NCBI GenBank assembly: GCA_050258455.1
Contig: JBLMYT010000093.1
Span: 42,633 to 106,632 of the forward strand
DNA length: 64,000 bases
Reading direction: 5' to 3'
DNA from: Candidatus Omnitrophota bacterium
GTDB lineage: Bacteria; Acidobacteriota; Aminicenantia; UBA2199
Positions 1-9,723 of the stretch are shown here, one piece after another; positions within the stretch are counted from its first letter, which is position 1, and each line of letters starts with the position of its first letter. Below the pieces are notes generated by a model that ran no database searches, was not told where the DNA came from, and saw nothing but the letters and a program-made list of their open reading frames with translations. The translations under genes were made by a program, and so were the position numbers.

Positions 1-46
1 TGTATAATATATATATATATATAATAGTATAAGATGCGATAACACC

Positions 47-667
47 ATGACCGAGGAAAAAGAACATACTTCAGATAATGATCATAAAATCAGTCCGGAT
101 ACGATCGAAGGTAAAATGGCCTTGATCGAAGCGGTTTTATTTGTATCCAAAGATCCGGTGGAACCGGGAAAAATCATGAGCTTTCTGGGGATTAAAGATG
201 TCACGGAATTTGAAACGGTGATGGATCGACTGGAGGAAATCGTTAACGCCGACCACCGGGGACTCGTACTCAAACGGACCGGCGGCGGGTTACAGATGGT
301 CACCAAACCCGGGCTCCACGACTTGTTGCAGGAATTTTTCTCGGTGAAAAATACCTCGCGTCTGACCCTCCCTTCCCTTGAAACCCTGGCCATTATTGCT
401 TACCGCCAACCGGTGACACTGGCTGAAATTTCCGACTTACGCGGGGTGAACTCCAACGGGCCGATTAAAAATCTCCTGCAAAAAAAAATGATCAAAATCA
501 GTGGACGGAAAAAAGTCCCCGGACTGCCGGCCCTTTATGCCACGACCAAAGAATTCCTCCTCTATTTTGGGTTGAATGATCTTTCCGAGTTACCGTCCCT
601 GGAAGAATTAACCGAGATGTTCGAGGAAAAAGAGCAACCGTCTCTGTTCCGGGACATGGCATTATAA
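47..667 (+). CDS. scpB: SMC-Scp complex subunit ScpB
   Basis: IEAVLFVS start, LETLAIIAYRQPVT...RGVNS and LYATTKEFL.YFGL..L.ELP motifs typical of ScpB. Confidence 0.95.
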   Translation: MTEEKEHTSDNDHKISPDTIEGKMALIEAVLFVSKDPVEPGKIMSFLGIKDVTEFETVMDRLEEIVNADHRGLVLKRTGGGLQMVTKPGLHDLLQEFFSVKNTSRLTLPSLETLAIIAYRQPVTLAEISDLRGVNSNGPIKNLLQKKMIKISGRKKVPGLPALYATTKEFLLYFGLNDLSELPSLEELTEMFEEKEQPSLFRDMAL

Positions 668-792
668 AAATCCCAATCGATTTATCCCTTTAAATGGGTT
701 TGTTTTTCCAACGGGATTCGTTTATAATATGGCTTATTACAAAATATTATAAAATATTATAAAAATAATAGGCTCGAAGCCGGAGGAAAAAC

Positions 793-1905
793 ATGAATGA
801 CTTAATTAATCCCAATGTTAGTGATCTTGTTCCATATAAACCGGGAAAACCCGTCGAAGAACTTCAACGGGAATTTAATCTTGAAAAAGTGGTGAAATTA
901 GCTTCAAACGAAAACCCTTCCGGTATTCCCAACCATGTGACCCAGGCCATTCACGATGAATTAAGCAATGTTAATTTTTACCCGGAAAGCGATTCGTATT
1001 ATCTGAAGAAACGGTTGGCCGAATACCACCGGGTGGATATCGAGAATGTGATCGTCGGTGCAGGCTCGGTGGAGCTGATCCGCATGATCGTGAAGGCGTT
1101 CTTAAAACCCGGGCAAACGGTGCTGACTTCAGAAAAAACCTTTTCCTTTTATAAAATTGCCACGCTGGAAGAAAGAGGAAAATCAGCCTATATCGAAGCA
1201 CCGATGGGTGACGATTATACCTTTGATCTCGATGCCATCTACCGCCGGGTCGATGAGAAGACCAAGGTCATCTTTATCACCAACCCCAATAATCCGACCG
1301 GAACCTTGCTTCCCAAGGAAAAAGTCCTTCAATTCATCGATAAGATTCCCGACGACAAGATCATCGTCCTGGATAACGCCTACCAGGAATACGTGAGTGA
1401 CCGCGCGACCTATCCGGATGGAATTGACGAAGCATTGAATCGAAAAAACATCATCGTTCTTCGAACCTTTTCCAAAATTTATGCCCTGTCCGGTTTACGG
1501 GTCGGATACGCCATATCCAATGAATCGGTTATCTCTTATTTAAACCGGGTGAAGGCACCGTTTAACGTGACGCGTCTCAGCCAGGTGGCGGCTCTGGCTT
1601 CGCTGGAAAACGATGACTTTAAAAATCGTTCGGCCTCCCTCAATTTAATTAACCGGGCAAAATTATTTCGTCAATTATCGGAATTGGGACTGCGAACCAT
1701 CCCTTCGGAAACCAATTTTATCATGTTTATTACCACGCTCAATATTCCGGAATTGAACCGGCGTCTCTTGAAGGAAGGCGTCATCATTCGTCCGCTGGAA
1801 GGGTTCGGCGTACCGGAAGGCATGCGCGTCACTGTGGGATTTGAGGACGAAAATGATTTCTTTATCGAAAAGTTAACGAAAGTGATGAAGGAGATGAAGA
1901 GTTAA
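793..1905 (+). CDS. hisC: Histidinol-phosphate aminotransferase
   Basis: YKPGKP, KLASNENP, NPNNPTG and LRTFSKIYALSGLRVGY (PLP Lys); GGAGG RBS. Confidence 0.92.
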   Translation: MNDLINPNVSDLVPYKPGKPVEELQREFNLEKVVKLASNENPSGIPNHVTQAIHDELSNVNFYPESDSYYLKKRLAEYHRVDIENVIVGAGSVELIRMIVKAFLKPGQTVLTSEKTFSFYKIATLEERGKSAYIEAPMGDDYTFDLDAIYRRVDEKTKVIFITNPNNPTGTLLPKEKVLQFIDKIPDDKIIVLDNAYQEYVSDRATYPDGIDEALNRKNIIVLRTFSKIYALSGLRVGYAISNESVISYLNRVKAPFNVTRLSQVAALASLENDDFKNRSASLNLINRAKLFRQLSELGLRTIPSETNFIMFITTLNIPELNRRLLKEGVIIRPLEGFGVPEGMRVTVGFEDENDFFIEKLTKVMKEMKS

Positions 1906-1908
1906 CCG

Positions 1909-2029
1909 GGGAGTGGATAATAATTTGTGTAAATATTATAGGGTTTGTAGAGACGTAGCGTGCTACGTCTCTTTTTATTGTAACCTTATTAATACGGTAT
2001 GAAGGAGACGTAGCACGCTACGTCTCTAC
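1909..2029. repeat. IS256-like end followed by an inverted pair of GTAG-type REP palindromes
   Basis: GTAGAGACGTAGCGTGCTACGTCTC at 1947-1971 and its exact reverse complement at 2005-2029, preceded by GGGAGTGGATAATAATTTGTGTAAAT; lies between convergent hisC and hflC. Confidence 0.75.
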
Positions 2030-2057
2030 GATACCGCAATTTACAAATTCCTGCTTT

Positions 2058-3047
2058 TTATTTCCCGCCTTTATTGTACAAATATTTAAAAAATTCCGAA
2101 TCCGTGGAGAATGTCTTTTTCATTTTGGGAAGGACTTTCTGGTACTGCATGATGGCCATCCAATAATCGGCAAATTCAGGACTCTGGGAGTAGGCCTTGT
2201 TTCGAATATCGAGGGCTTCGGCATCCGCTTTTGCCTTGATCTCTTTTGCGGTTCGTTCGGCTTCGGATTGAATCGTGCGCAATTCTTTGTCCATTTTGCC
2301 CAACCATTTGGCCTTTTCCCCTTCGCCGTCGGACCGAAACGCCTGGGCAATCTGGTTGCGTTCTTTGATCATCTGGCGATACACGGTTTGCGTGATATCG
2401 TCCGAATACTTAATTTGACGAATAATGAGATCCACCAATTTGATGCCGTATTCCGGTGTGGTATGGGCGGCCCGTTTCAGCATTTCTCCCGACAGCACCA
2501 CACGACCGTTTTTAATGGGTTCGTACGTGACCTGGGTAAAGGTATTCACCTGGGTGGTTTCACCGCCTTCCTCAATGGGTCCTGTTTGCGCTTTGTAGAC
2601 GTCTTTTCGAACAATCTGATTGATCAGATTGGTGCTTCGAATGGCTTCCCGCAGTGGATTGACGGCAATCACATCGCGCGCGCACGCGGTTAAGACTTGA
2701 TCCAGCCGGTGATGGGCCTGAATGATTTCGCCCAGCCGCTCATAAAAAAGTTTGGGGTTTTCGATCTGCCAGCGGGCCGTAATATCGACCCAAATATATT
2801 GGTTTTCTTCCGTGGGATACAATTGCGGGTCGCCATCCCAGGGTTGAATCCGTTTGGGGTAATAAACGATTTTATCGATTAAGGGGGTTTTTAATTTCAA
2901 GCCTGCTTCGGTTTCCACCCGAACGATTTTTCCAAAGCGGACCACCAGGGCTTGATCCCCTTCCTTGACGATGAAATAGGGTCCCATAAACAGGAACAGT
3001 AAAATCAATACCACAGTGACGAATGTGACGGCTTTAAACTTATTCAT
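2058..3047 (-). CDS. hflC: FtsH protease modulator HflC (SPFH domain)
   Basis: N-terminal TM, VRFGKI..GLKLKTP, MIKERNQIAQAFRSDGEGE, C-terminal DSEFFKYL. Confidence 0.92.
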   Translation of the reverse strand: MNKFKAVTFVTVVLILLFLFMGPYFIVKEGDQALVVRFGKIVRVETEAGLKLKTPLIDKIVYYPKRIQPWDGDPQLYPTEENQYIWVDITARWQIENPKLFYERLGEIIQAHHRLDQVLTACARDVIAVNPLREAIRSTNLINQIVRKDVYKAQTGPIEEGGETTQVNTFTQVTYEPIKNGRVVLSGEMLKRAAHTTPEYGIKLVDLIIRQIKYSDDITQTVYRQMIKERNQIAQAFRSDGEGEKAKWLGKMDKELRTIQSEAERTAKEIKAKADAEALDIRNKAYSQSPEFADYWMAIMQYQKVLPKMKKTFSTDSEFFKYLYNKGGK

Positions 3048-4081
3048 TTTTGGCCTCCTTTTTTAGACTTGGGAGATGGGGTTGGATTGCTGTCCGAGAG
3101 GGATTTGAAGGGAATAAAATTCTTCAATTGTTTATCGATCAATTCAATGGAGTCGGTTTGAGAGAAGACCTCATCCATCATTTCATAGTACAGCCGGGTG
3201 CGAATCACCTGGGGATTTTTTTTGTATTCACCCAACACGGCCAGAAATCGCGCTACATCGCCTTTGGCCAAATTGACCCGTTCCACGGCGTATCCTTCCG
3301 CTTCCCGGATGACTTGTTGCGCTTCGCCGCGTGCCCGGGGGATTTCTTTATTATACGCTTCTTTGCCTTCGTTGACGAATCGGATCCGGTCCTGAATCGC
3401 CTTATTCACATCTTCGAACGCATCCTGCACGGCCCCTTTGGGGTACATGGTTTTTTGCAGTTTGACTTCAAGGACCTGGACTCCCAGTCCCCATTTATTG
3501 AGGATGTCATTCATCGTCACTTTCCCTTTTTCCTGGATTTGGGTTCGCAGGGTGGTGACCACATCGAATACCGCCATATCGCCAACCAGCACATTAATCA
3601 CGGCCCGCGATACGTCCCGGATGCTTTTCTGTTGATCTTCCATGTTGAATAACCAGGCTTTCGGGTCTCGGATCTGGTATTGGATACTCCAGGTGACTTC
3701 TGCAATATTCAAATCGCCTGTCAGCATATAGGATTCGGTTGAAAAGTCTTCTTTGGAAAACCGGCTGATGATGCCCGCTTCTTCGGTTCGAAAGCCGAAT
3801 TCCTCGATGAGGTTTCGTCCGGTCGGGACTTTGTACGCTTTCTCCATTCCAAAGGGGAGTTTGACGTGCAAACCAGGCCCTGCCATGCGGTGGAATTTAC
3901 CGAATTGGAGTATGACGGCCGTCTCCTTTTGATCGACCATGAAAAAGCTTGTAAAGATAGCAACAAAAAGAAGTATTCCAAAGATGAGGATTCCCAAAAA
4001 ACGGGGGGTCACTTTTTTCTTTAATTCCTGAAACTCATTGTCTTTATTTAGTATGATCATCCTGCCTCCTTTATTAATCAT
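3044..4081 (-). CDS. hflK: FtsH protease modulator HflK
   Basis: PGLHVKLPFG, MLTGDLNIAEV.W.IQY.I.DP, VQDAFEDV, IPRARGEA; 4-nt overlap with hflC. Confidence 0.92.
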   Translation of the reverse strand: MINKGGRMIILNKDNEFQELKKKVTPRFLGILIFGILLFVAIFTSFFMVDQKETAVILQFGKFHRMAGPGLHVKLPFGMEKAYKVPTGRNLIEEFGFRTEEAGIISRFSKEDFSTESYMLTGDLNIAEVTWSIQYQIRDPKAWLFNMEDQQKSIRDVSRAVINVLVGDMAVFDVVTTLRTQIQEKGKVTMNDILNKWGLGVQVLEVKLQKTMYPKGAVQDAFEDVNKAIQDRIRFVNEGKEAYNKEIPRARGEAQQVIREAEGYAVERVNLAKGDVARFLAVLGEYKKNPQVIRTRLYYEMMDEVFSQTDSIELIDKQLKNFIPFKSLSDSNPTPSPKSKKGGQK

Positions 4082-4234
4082 AACATGTTAGAAAAAAAAA
4101 ATCACTGTCTGGGTTCTCAATTTTTTGATTTTATTTCGAATTCGGGAATTATATAAGCGACGTAATATTGACAACCGCTTCATATTATATTAATTATAAG
4201 GTCTGATAAAATTTGGAATTATAAGGAAAAAAAA

Positions 4235-4903
4235 ATGCATTGGATTTTAAAGTTTGTCGATTTTATTTTGCACCTGGATAAATACATCCAGCAGTTGATT
4301 CAGAGTTACGGTGTTTGGACTTATTTGATTATCTTTATTATCATTTTTTGTGAAACGGGACTGGTGGTTACCCCGTTTTTACCTGGGGATTCGCTTCTTT
4401 TTGCCGTCGGGGCCTTTTCGGCAGCCGGGGCGTTGAATGTGGTCTGGGTATTTGTTTTTCTTTCGGTGGCGGCGATCATTGGCGACACGGTGAATTATTG
4501 GATCGGGCATATGTTGGGGCCCAAGGTGTTTCAGAAGGAGAATGCCCGTTTTTTGAAAAAGGAATACCTGGAGCGTACCCACAAATTTTACGAAAAATAT
4601 GGTGGGGAGACTATTATTATTGCGCGGTTTGTTCCCATTATTCGAACGTTTGCTCCTTTTGTTGCCGGAATCGGGCGGATGAGTTATTGGAAATTCATCT
4701 CGTATAATATTATCGGCGGCATTGGCTGGGTGGCGATTTTTGTATTTGGCGGGTACTTTTTCGGCAATATTCCATTTGTAAAGAATAATTTTACCATTAC
4801 GATTTTTGCCATTATTTTTATTTCAATGCTGCCTGGGGTGATCGAGTTTATTCGTCAGAGGCGGGAAATGAAGAAAAACATTGGATCCGAAGAGGAGAGT
4901 TAA
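4235..4903 (+). CDS. dedA: DedA family membrane protein
   Basis: [19 protein letters not shown] and [16 protein letters not shown] signature. Confidence 0.95.
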   Translation: MHWILKFVDFILHLDKYIQQLIQSYGVWTYLIIFIIIFCETGLVVTPFLPGDSLLFAVGAFSAAGALNVVWVFVFLSVAAIIGDTVNYWIGHMLGPKVFQKENARFLKKEYLERTHKFYEKYGGETIIIARFVPIIRTFAPFVAGIGRMSYWKFISYNIIGGIGWVAIFVFGGYFFGNIPFVKNNFTITIFAIIFISMLPGVIEFIRQRREMKKNIGSEEES

Positions 4904-4918
4904 GTATTCGGAAAATCG

Positions 4919-5030
4919 GCGAGTGTCAGGGATCTTGTGTAGATAGCCATATTGTAGAGGCGTAGCGCGCTACGTCTCTACAAACCGATAGAAGACCCTA
5001 TAATATTTACACAAAATTGCTGGCACTCTC
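4919..5030. mobile_element. Putative MITE with IS256-like terminal inverted repeats and an internal REP-like palindrome
   Basis: Left end GCGAGTGTCAGGGATCTTGTGTAGATA matches right end (revcomp) GAGAGTGCCAGCAATTTTGTGTAAATA at 21/27; internal palindrome TTGTAGAGGCGTAGCGCGCTACGTCTCTACAA at 4952-4983; no clear target-site duplication. Confidence 0.55.
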
Positions 5031-5207
5031 GCCCGAAGTTCGCCTCCTTTAAAAGAGAGTAGGGAGAGTCAGCGCAACCAAGGGCAGAGGGGAGCAGGGA
5101 ACGACCAACGGTCAAGAGGGAGAGAAAAAAATTTTAATCTTTAAAAACATTTCGCCGCGTATTATAATTATTTATATAATTCATGTTTAAAGATTAAGGA
5201 GGGAAAC

Positions 5208-5684
5208 ATGCCACTTCAACGATTAATCGATTACCTGGAAAAGAACCAGGTTAAATTTACCCGCATTATCCATTCGACTGCTTATACGGCCCAGGTGATC
5301 GCTCACCGAGCCCATATATCCGGCAACATCCTTGCCAAAACAATCGTGCTAAAGGATTCGGACAACCAATATTTGATGGCGGTTTTACCGGCCAACTTCC
5401 AAATCGAGGTCGACCGACTCGCCAATATCCACGGTAAACCCCTGGAACTGGCCACAGAGGACGAATTCCGCGCCTTATTCCCCGGTTGCGAGACCGGAGG
5501 CATGCCCCCATTCGGAAACCTGTTCGATCTGCCGGTTTATGTGTCCGAATCCCTGGCCAAAACCGAAGAGATCGTGTTTAACGCCGGTAACCATCGCGAA
5601 CTCCTCCAAATGCACTTCGAGGATTTCAATCGCCTGGTTAAACCCACCATTGCGGTTTTTTCGCGGAAAAAAGGACAAGCCTAG
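5208..5684 (+). CDS. YbaK/EbsC family aminoacyl-tRNA deacylase
   Basis: LAKTIVL, LATEDEF..LFPGCETGGMPPFG, FNAGNH motifs; AAGGAGG RBS. Confidence 0.9.
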   Translation: MPLQRLIDYLEKNQVKFTRIIHSTAYTAQVIAHRAHISGNILAKTIVLKDSDNQYLMAVLPANFQIEVDRLANIHGKPLELATEDEFRALFPGCETGGMPPFGNLFDLPVYVSESLAKTEEIVFNAGNHRELLQMHFEDFNRLVKPTIAVFSRKKGQA

Positions 5685-6091
5685 TGCGGTAACGATAAAC
5701 CCCGAACGTTTTTTTCTTTATTCCGGGATGAGGCGCGACGCTTTAATACAATGTCGCGGTATCTGGAGGGCGTGGTACCAAAATACCGTTTAAAGATACG
5801 GATGAAATAATCGCATCGGCAAAACCCAATCTTTTGCGCGATGTCTTTGATGGTAATGTCGGGATATTCTTCCAATATACCGGCTGCGCGGCTAATTTTA
5901 ATTTTAAAAATAAATTCCTCAATGGTGAAATCTTTTTCCGCCCGAAACGAACGGGATAAATGGGAACGATGCAGTCCCAAACGAAAGGCAATGTGTTCGA
6001 CGGATAGGGTGGCCAATTCCTCGTCAACCCTGGATAAAACAAACTCCACCACCCGATCGGACAGGGTATTTTCTTTTGCTTTATGAGCCAT
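5681..6091 (-). CDS. AraC-family regulator, HTH domain only
   Basis: LSVEHIA..LGLHRSHLSRSF and IKDIAQKIGF....YFIRIFKRYFGTTPSRYR double HTH; no ligand-binding domain. Confidence 0.9.
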   Translation of the reverse strand: MAHKAKENTLSDRVVEFVLSRVDEELATLSVEHIAFRLGLHRSHLSRSFRAEKDFTIEEFIFKIKISRAAGILEEYPDITIKDIAQKIGFCRCDYFIRIFKRYFGTTPSRYRDIVLKRRASSRNKEKNVRGLSLPH

Positions 6092-6235
6092 GATATACCT
6101 TTGAATGTATGAATGGATTTGCGAACCGCAGTTGAAGTCTTATTGTATCAAAAGCAGACCAATTACGCAATAACAAAAAATTTATTCGAACAGAGTGATC
6201 ATAAAGAACTTATTTCATTATTATTTAAAAAATTA

Positions 6236-6264
6236 TTGAAATGCATATGAAATTTTTATAAAAT
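6236..6264 (+). promoter_or_regulatory. Sigma70 promoter, probably leaderless
   Basis: TTGAAA-17bp-TAAAAT, ending 7 nt before ATG 6272; no RBS. Confidence 0.55.
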
Positions 6265-6271
6265 ACTAAGT

Positions 6272-8458
6272 ATGGGAAACAAGGAAAAGGAATCCGAAGG
6301 GATTAACCCGTCAACCGAAATTGACCACCTTCGCCAACGGGTCAGGGAACTCGAACGGACTGAAGAATTCAGAAAAAAAGCCCAAGCCATTACCAAAGAA
6401 GTGATTCAAAACGCCTCCCGGGAAAAAGGAAAAAAAGTTTTTCATTCGCTTGTTCAGCAATTGGCCCGAATCCTTCATGCCGATTATTTGATGATTGCCG
6501 AACTGATCGAAGGCAAAAAGCAACTCCACACCTTATCGTTTGTTGATAAGAACAAGATTTCAAAAAATTTCACTTACGAACTGGGAGGCAGCCCCTGCGA
6601 GCAAGCGATCCATAACGGTCTCTGTTATTATCGGCCCGAAGTGTATAAATTGTTTCCCAACGATCAAGTCCTAAATGCCCTCAAGGTCGAGGGATACGTG
6701 GGAATCCCTTTGTTCGATTTCCAATATCGGCCCATCGGCATTATGGCGGCGCTGTACAAGACTCCCCCGGATGACGAAACCCTCGGGTTGGCCACAGCAG
6801 TTTTTGAATGTGCCGCTCTCCTGGCAGCCGTGGCAATCAAACGTCGACAATTAGAATTAAAAGCCAAACGGCAAAATAAAAAACTTCGCGTCAGCGATTA
6901 TCGATATCGGACGTTATTTAATAAAATGCTGGACGGGTATGTGATTGAGCAAGTCATCTTTGATGAACAGGGGAACCCCGTGGATTTTCGCTACCTGGAG
7001 GTGAATCCCGCCTTTGAAACATTGACGGGACTGTCGCGGGCTCAGGTGATCGGGAAAACCATGAAAGAAGTACTTCCCGGTATTGAAGATTACTGGATGC
7101 AGATGTATGGCAAGGTGGTATTAACCGGCGAGGCCGCCAGGTATGAAAATTATAGCAGTCCGTTAAACAAATGGTACCAGGTCATGGCATTTAAACTCAG
7201 TAAAACGCGAGTAGCTGCCATATTTTCCGACTCCACCGAGCAAAAAATAGCAGAAGAAAAACTGTCCCACCTTCGGGTATTGTTAAGTAATATCATCAAT
7301 TCCATGCCGTCGGTTCTGATCGCGGTTGACGCCGATGGCAAGGTTCTGGAATGGAACAAGGAAGCCGAAAAAAAAACCGGAATTTCAACGGATGATGCCA
7401 AAGGAAAACGATTGACCGATATCCTTCCCCAATTTACGAGTGAGATGGAAAAAGTCAAAATGACGATTGAAACGCAGGAACCGCAAAAACTGGAACGCAT
7501 TCCCAAAAAAATGAATGGTAAAATGCAATACAGTGATCTAACGATTTATCCGTTATTACACGATAGTGTCGAAGGCGCCGTGATTCAAATCGATGACGTG
7601 ACAGACCGGGTACGGATGGAAGAGATGATTATCCAATCCGAGAAAATGATATCGATCGGCGGTCTAGCAGCCGGTATGGCCCATGAAATCAACAATCCCC
7701 TGGCCGGGATTTTACAAAATATCCAGGTGATCATCAACCGGATCAACCCGGAATTATCCAAAAATCGCCAGGCGGCGCGGGAATCCGGAATCACGATGGA
7801 ATCCGTTTCCGATTATTTGAACCGGCGCGGCATCATCTCCATGCTGGAAGAGGCATTGGAATCGGGTTTACGCGCCGCCAAAATTGTGGACAATGTCCTG
7901 GCGTTCAGCCGGAAAAGCGATTCGGAATTCGAATTCCACGATATTCGCACCCTCCTGGATCAAACCCTGGAGTTCGCCTCCGGAGACTATGATTTAAAGA
8001 AGCGGTACGATTTCCGGCGCATCGAGATTTTCCGCCAATATGGGGACGATGTTCCCGACGTACTGTGCGACGGGACCAAAATTCAACAGGTATTTCTGAA
8101 CCTGCTCAAAAATGGCGCCTACGCCATTACCGAGCGCATTCAGATGGAAGAAAAAGAAGGAAAGACAGGCGAAAAAGCGAGACTCACCCTCCGCGTCCGG
8201 TACGAAAAAGAAACCGACCGGGTCCGGGTCGAAGTCGAAGACAACGGGATCGGCATGACCGAAGAAATCCGTAAACGGGTTTCCGAACCCTTTTTTACCA
8301 CCAAAAAACGGGGGATTGGAACCGGTCTGGGCCTCTCGATTTCGTATTCGATCATCATCCAGGGCCATGGCGGAACCATGAACGTGGAATCCACCCCGGG
8401 TAAAGGGACGAAATTTATCATCCGACTCCCGGTAAGGTTGGAAATTAAAAAAAGGTAA
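6272..8458 (+). CDS. GAF-PAS-PAS sensor histidine kinase
   Basis: GAF (GSPCE..YVGIPL), two PAS domains, H-box MAHEINNPL, N box, DNGIG and GTGLGL. Confidence 0.93.
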   Translation: MGNKEKESEGINPSTEIDHLRQRVRELERTEEFRKKAQAITKEVIQNASREKGKKVFHSLVQQLARILHADYLMIAELIEGKKQLHTLSFVDKNKISKNFTYELGGSPCEQAIHNGLCYYRPEVYKLFPNDQVLNALKVEGYVGIPLFDFQYRPIGIMAALYKTPPDDETLGLATAVFECAALLAAVAIKRRQLELKAKRQNKKLRVSDYRYRTLFNKMLDGYVIEQVIFDEQGNPVDFRYLEVNPAFETLTGLSRAQVIGKTMKEVLPGIEDYWMQMYGKVVLTGEAARYENYSSPLNKWYQVMAFKLSKTRVAAIFSDSTEQKIAEEKLSHLRVLLSNIINSMPSVLIAVDADGKVLEWNKEAEKKTGISTDDAKGKRLTDILPQFTSEMEKVKMTIETQEPQKLERIPKKMNGKMQYSDLTIYPLLHDSVEGAVIQIDDVTDRVRMEEMIIQSEKMISIGGLAAGMAHEINNPLAGILQNIQVIINRINPELSKNRQAARESGITMESVSDYLNRRGIISMLEEALESGLRAAKIVDNVLAFSRKSDSEFEFHDIRTLLDQTLEFASGDYDLKKRYDFRRIEIFRQYGDDVPDVLCDGTKIQQVFLNLLKNGAYAITERIQMEEKEGKTGEKARLTLRVRYEKETDRVRVEVEDNGIGMTEEIRKRVSEPFFTTKKRGIGTGLGLSISYSIIIQGHGGTMNVESTPGKGTKFIIRLPVRLEIKKR

Positions 8459-8464
8459 CGGATA

Positions 8465-9691
8465 ATGGAAAAAAGGGAAACACAGGAACCCCTGGAAACC
8501 TATCATGCCCTGTACGAAGCCGCCAATGATGCTATTTTTTTGATCGAAAACACCATCTTTGTCGACTGCAATAAAAAAACCTTACACGTTTTCGGTTTTG
8601 ATGATAAAAATGAAATCATCGGTAACCACCCCTGGAACGTCTCCTTATCCCCGGAAATTCAACCCGATGGCCAACCGTCCATCGAAAAAGCCCAGAAAAT
8701 CATTGAATTGGTGTTTAAAGGAGAACCCCAACGGTTCTATTGGCGCCATATTCGGAAGGATAAAACCCCGTTTGATGCCGATATTTCCTTATCGCGTCTG
8801 GAATTGAGAGACCGGGTCTACCTCCTGGCCATTCTCCGGGATGTGACCGAGCGCATGCGCATGGAAGAGATGCTCATTCAATCGGAAAAGATGATTTCCA
8901 TTGGTGGACTGGCGGCAGGGATGGCCCATGAGATCAATAACCCTCTGGCCGGTATTCTTCAAAATACCCAGGTGATCATGCACCGGCTGGATCCGAAATT
9001 CTCCAAAAACCGCCAGGTCGCAGCGGAATGCCAGACCACCATGGAAACGATTACGACGTATATGGAGAAACGCAACATCCGATCCATGCTCGAATCGGTC
9101 TTCGAATCCGGAGTGCGAGCCACCCGCATCGTTGAAAATGTACTGAGTTTCAGCCGAAAGGGGGAATCCCAATTCGAAGCCCATGATTTACGGACACTCA
9201 TGGAGCAGACGATCGAACTCGCCTCCAATGAATATAATTTTAAAACGAAATACGATTTTCGTTCGATTGCCATCCGCCGGGAATACCGATGCGATGTTCC
9301 CGATGTGCTTTGCAACCCGTCCAAGATCCAACAGGTCTTTCTCAACATTCTCAAAAACGGCGCCCATGCGATGTTGGAAGATAAAGAGATCCGAAAAAGT
9401 CGAAAGCGATCTTCCCGGGAACCGGAGTTTATTATTCGTATCTTTTATGAGAAAAAAAGTGAAATGGTTCGTATTGAAATCGAAGACAATGGGCCCGGAA
9501 TGTCCGAATCCATCCGCAAACGCATATTCGAACCCTTTTTCACCACCAAGGAGATCGGTATGGGAACCGGTCTCGGGCTTTCCATGTCTTATTTTATCAT
9601 TACCCAAAATCACCAGGGGACCCTGGAGGTGGAATCCGAACCGGGTAAAGGATCCAATTTTATTATCCGTTTGCCTGCTCATAAGAAATAA
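8465..9691 (+). CDS. PAS sensor histidine kinase (paralog of the upstream kinase)
   Basis: PAS (LSPEIQPDG), MAHEINNPL, DNGPG, PFFTTK, GTGLGL. Confidence 0.93.
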   Translation: MEKRETQEPLETYHALYEAANDAIFLIENTIFVDCNKKTLHVFGFDDKNEIIGNHPWNVSLSPEIQPDGQPSIEKAQKIIELVFKGEPQRFYWRHIRKDKTPFDADISLSRLELRDRVYLLAILRDVTERMRMEEMLIQSEKMISIGGLAAGMAHEINNPLAGILQNTQVIMHRLDPKFSKNRQVAAECQTTMETITTYMEKRNIRSMLESVFESGVRATRIVENVLSFSRKGESQFEAHDLRTLMEQTIELASNEYNFKTKYDFRSIAIRREYRCDVPDVLCNPSKIQQVFLNILKNGAHAMLEDKEIRKSRKRSSREPEFIIRIFYEKKSEMVRIEIEDNGPGMSESIRKRIFEPFFTTKEIGMGTGLGLSMSYFIITQNHQGTLEVESEPGKGSNFIIRLPAHKK

Positions 9692-9723
9692 GGAAGGGGT
9701 AATCCAGGATCAGGAGGGAGATC

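Noticed and set aside
1-27. (TA)n run, and short duplications at about 740-765, 42678-42701, 49300-49330 and 56258-56280
   Set aside because: These look like simple slippage repeats with no evidence of function.
5040-5130. Purine-rich intergenic stretch as a possible ncRNA
   Set aside because: No recognisable fold, family motif or second copy.
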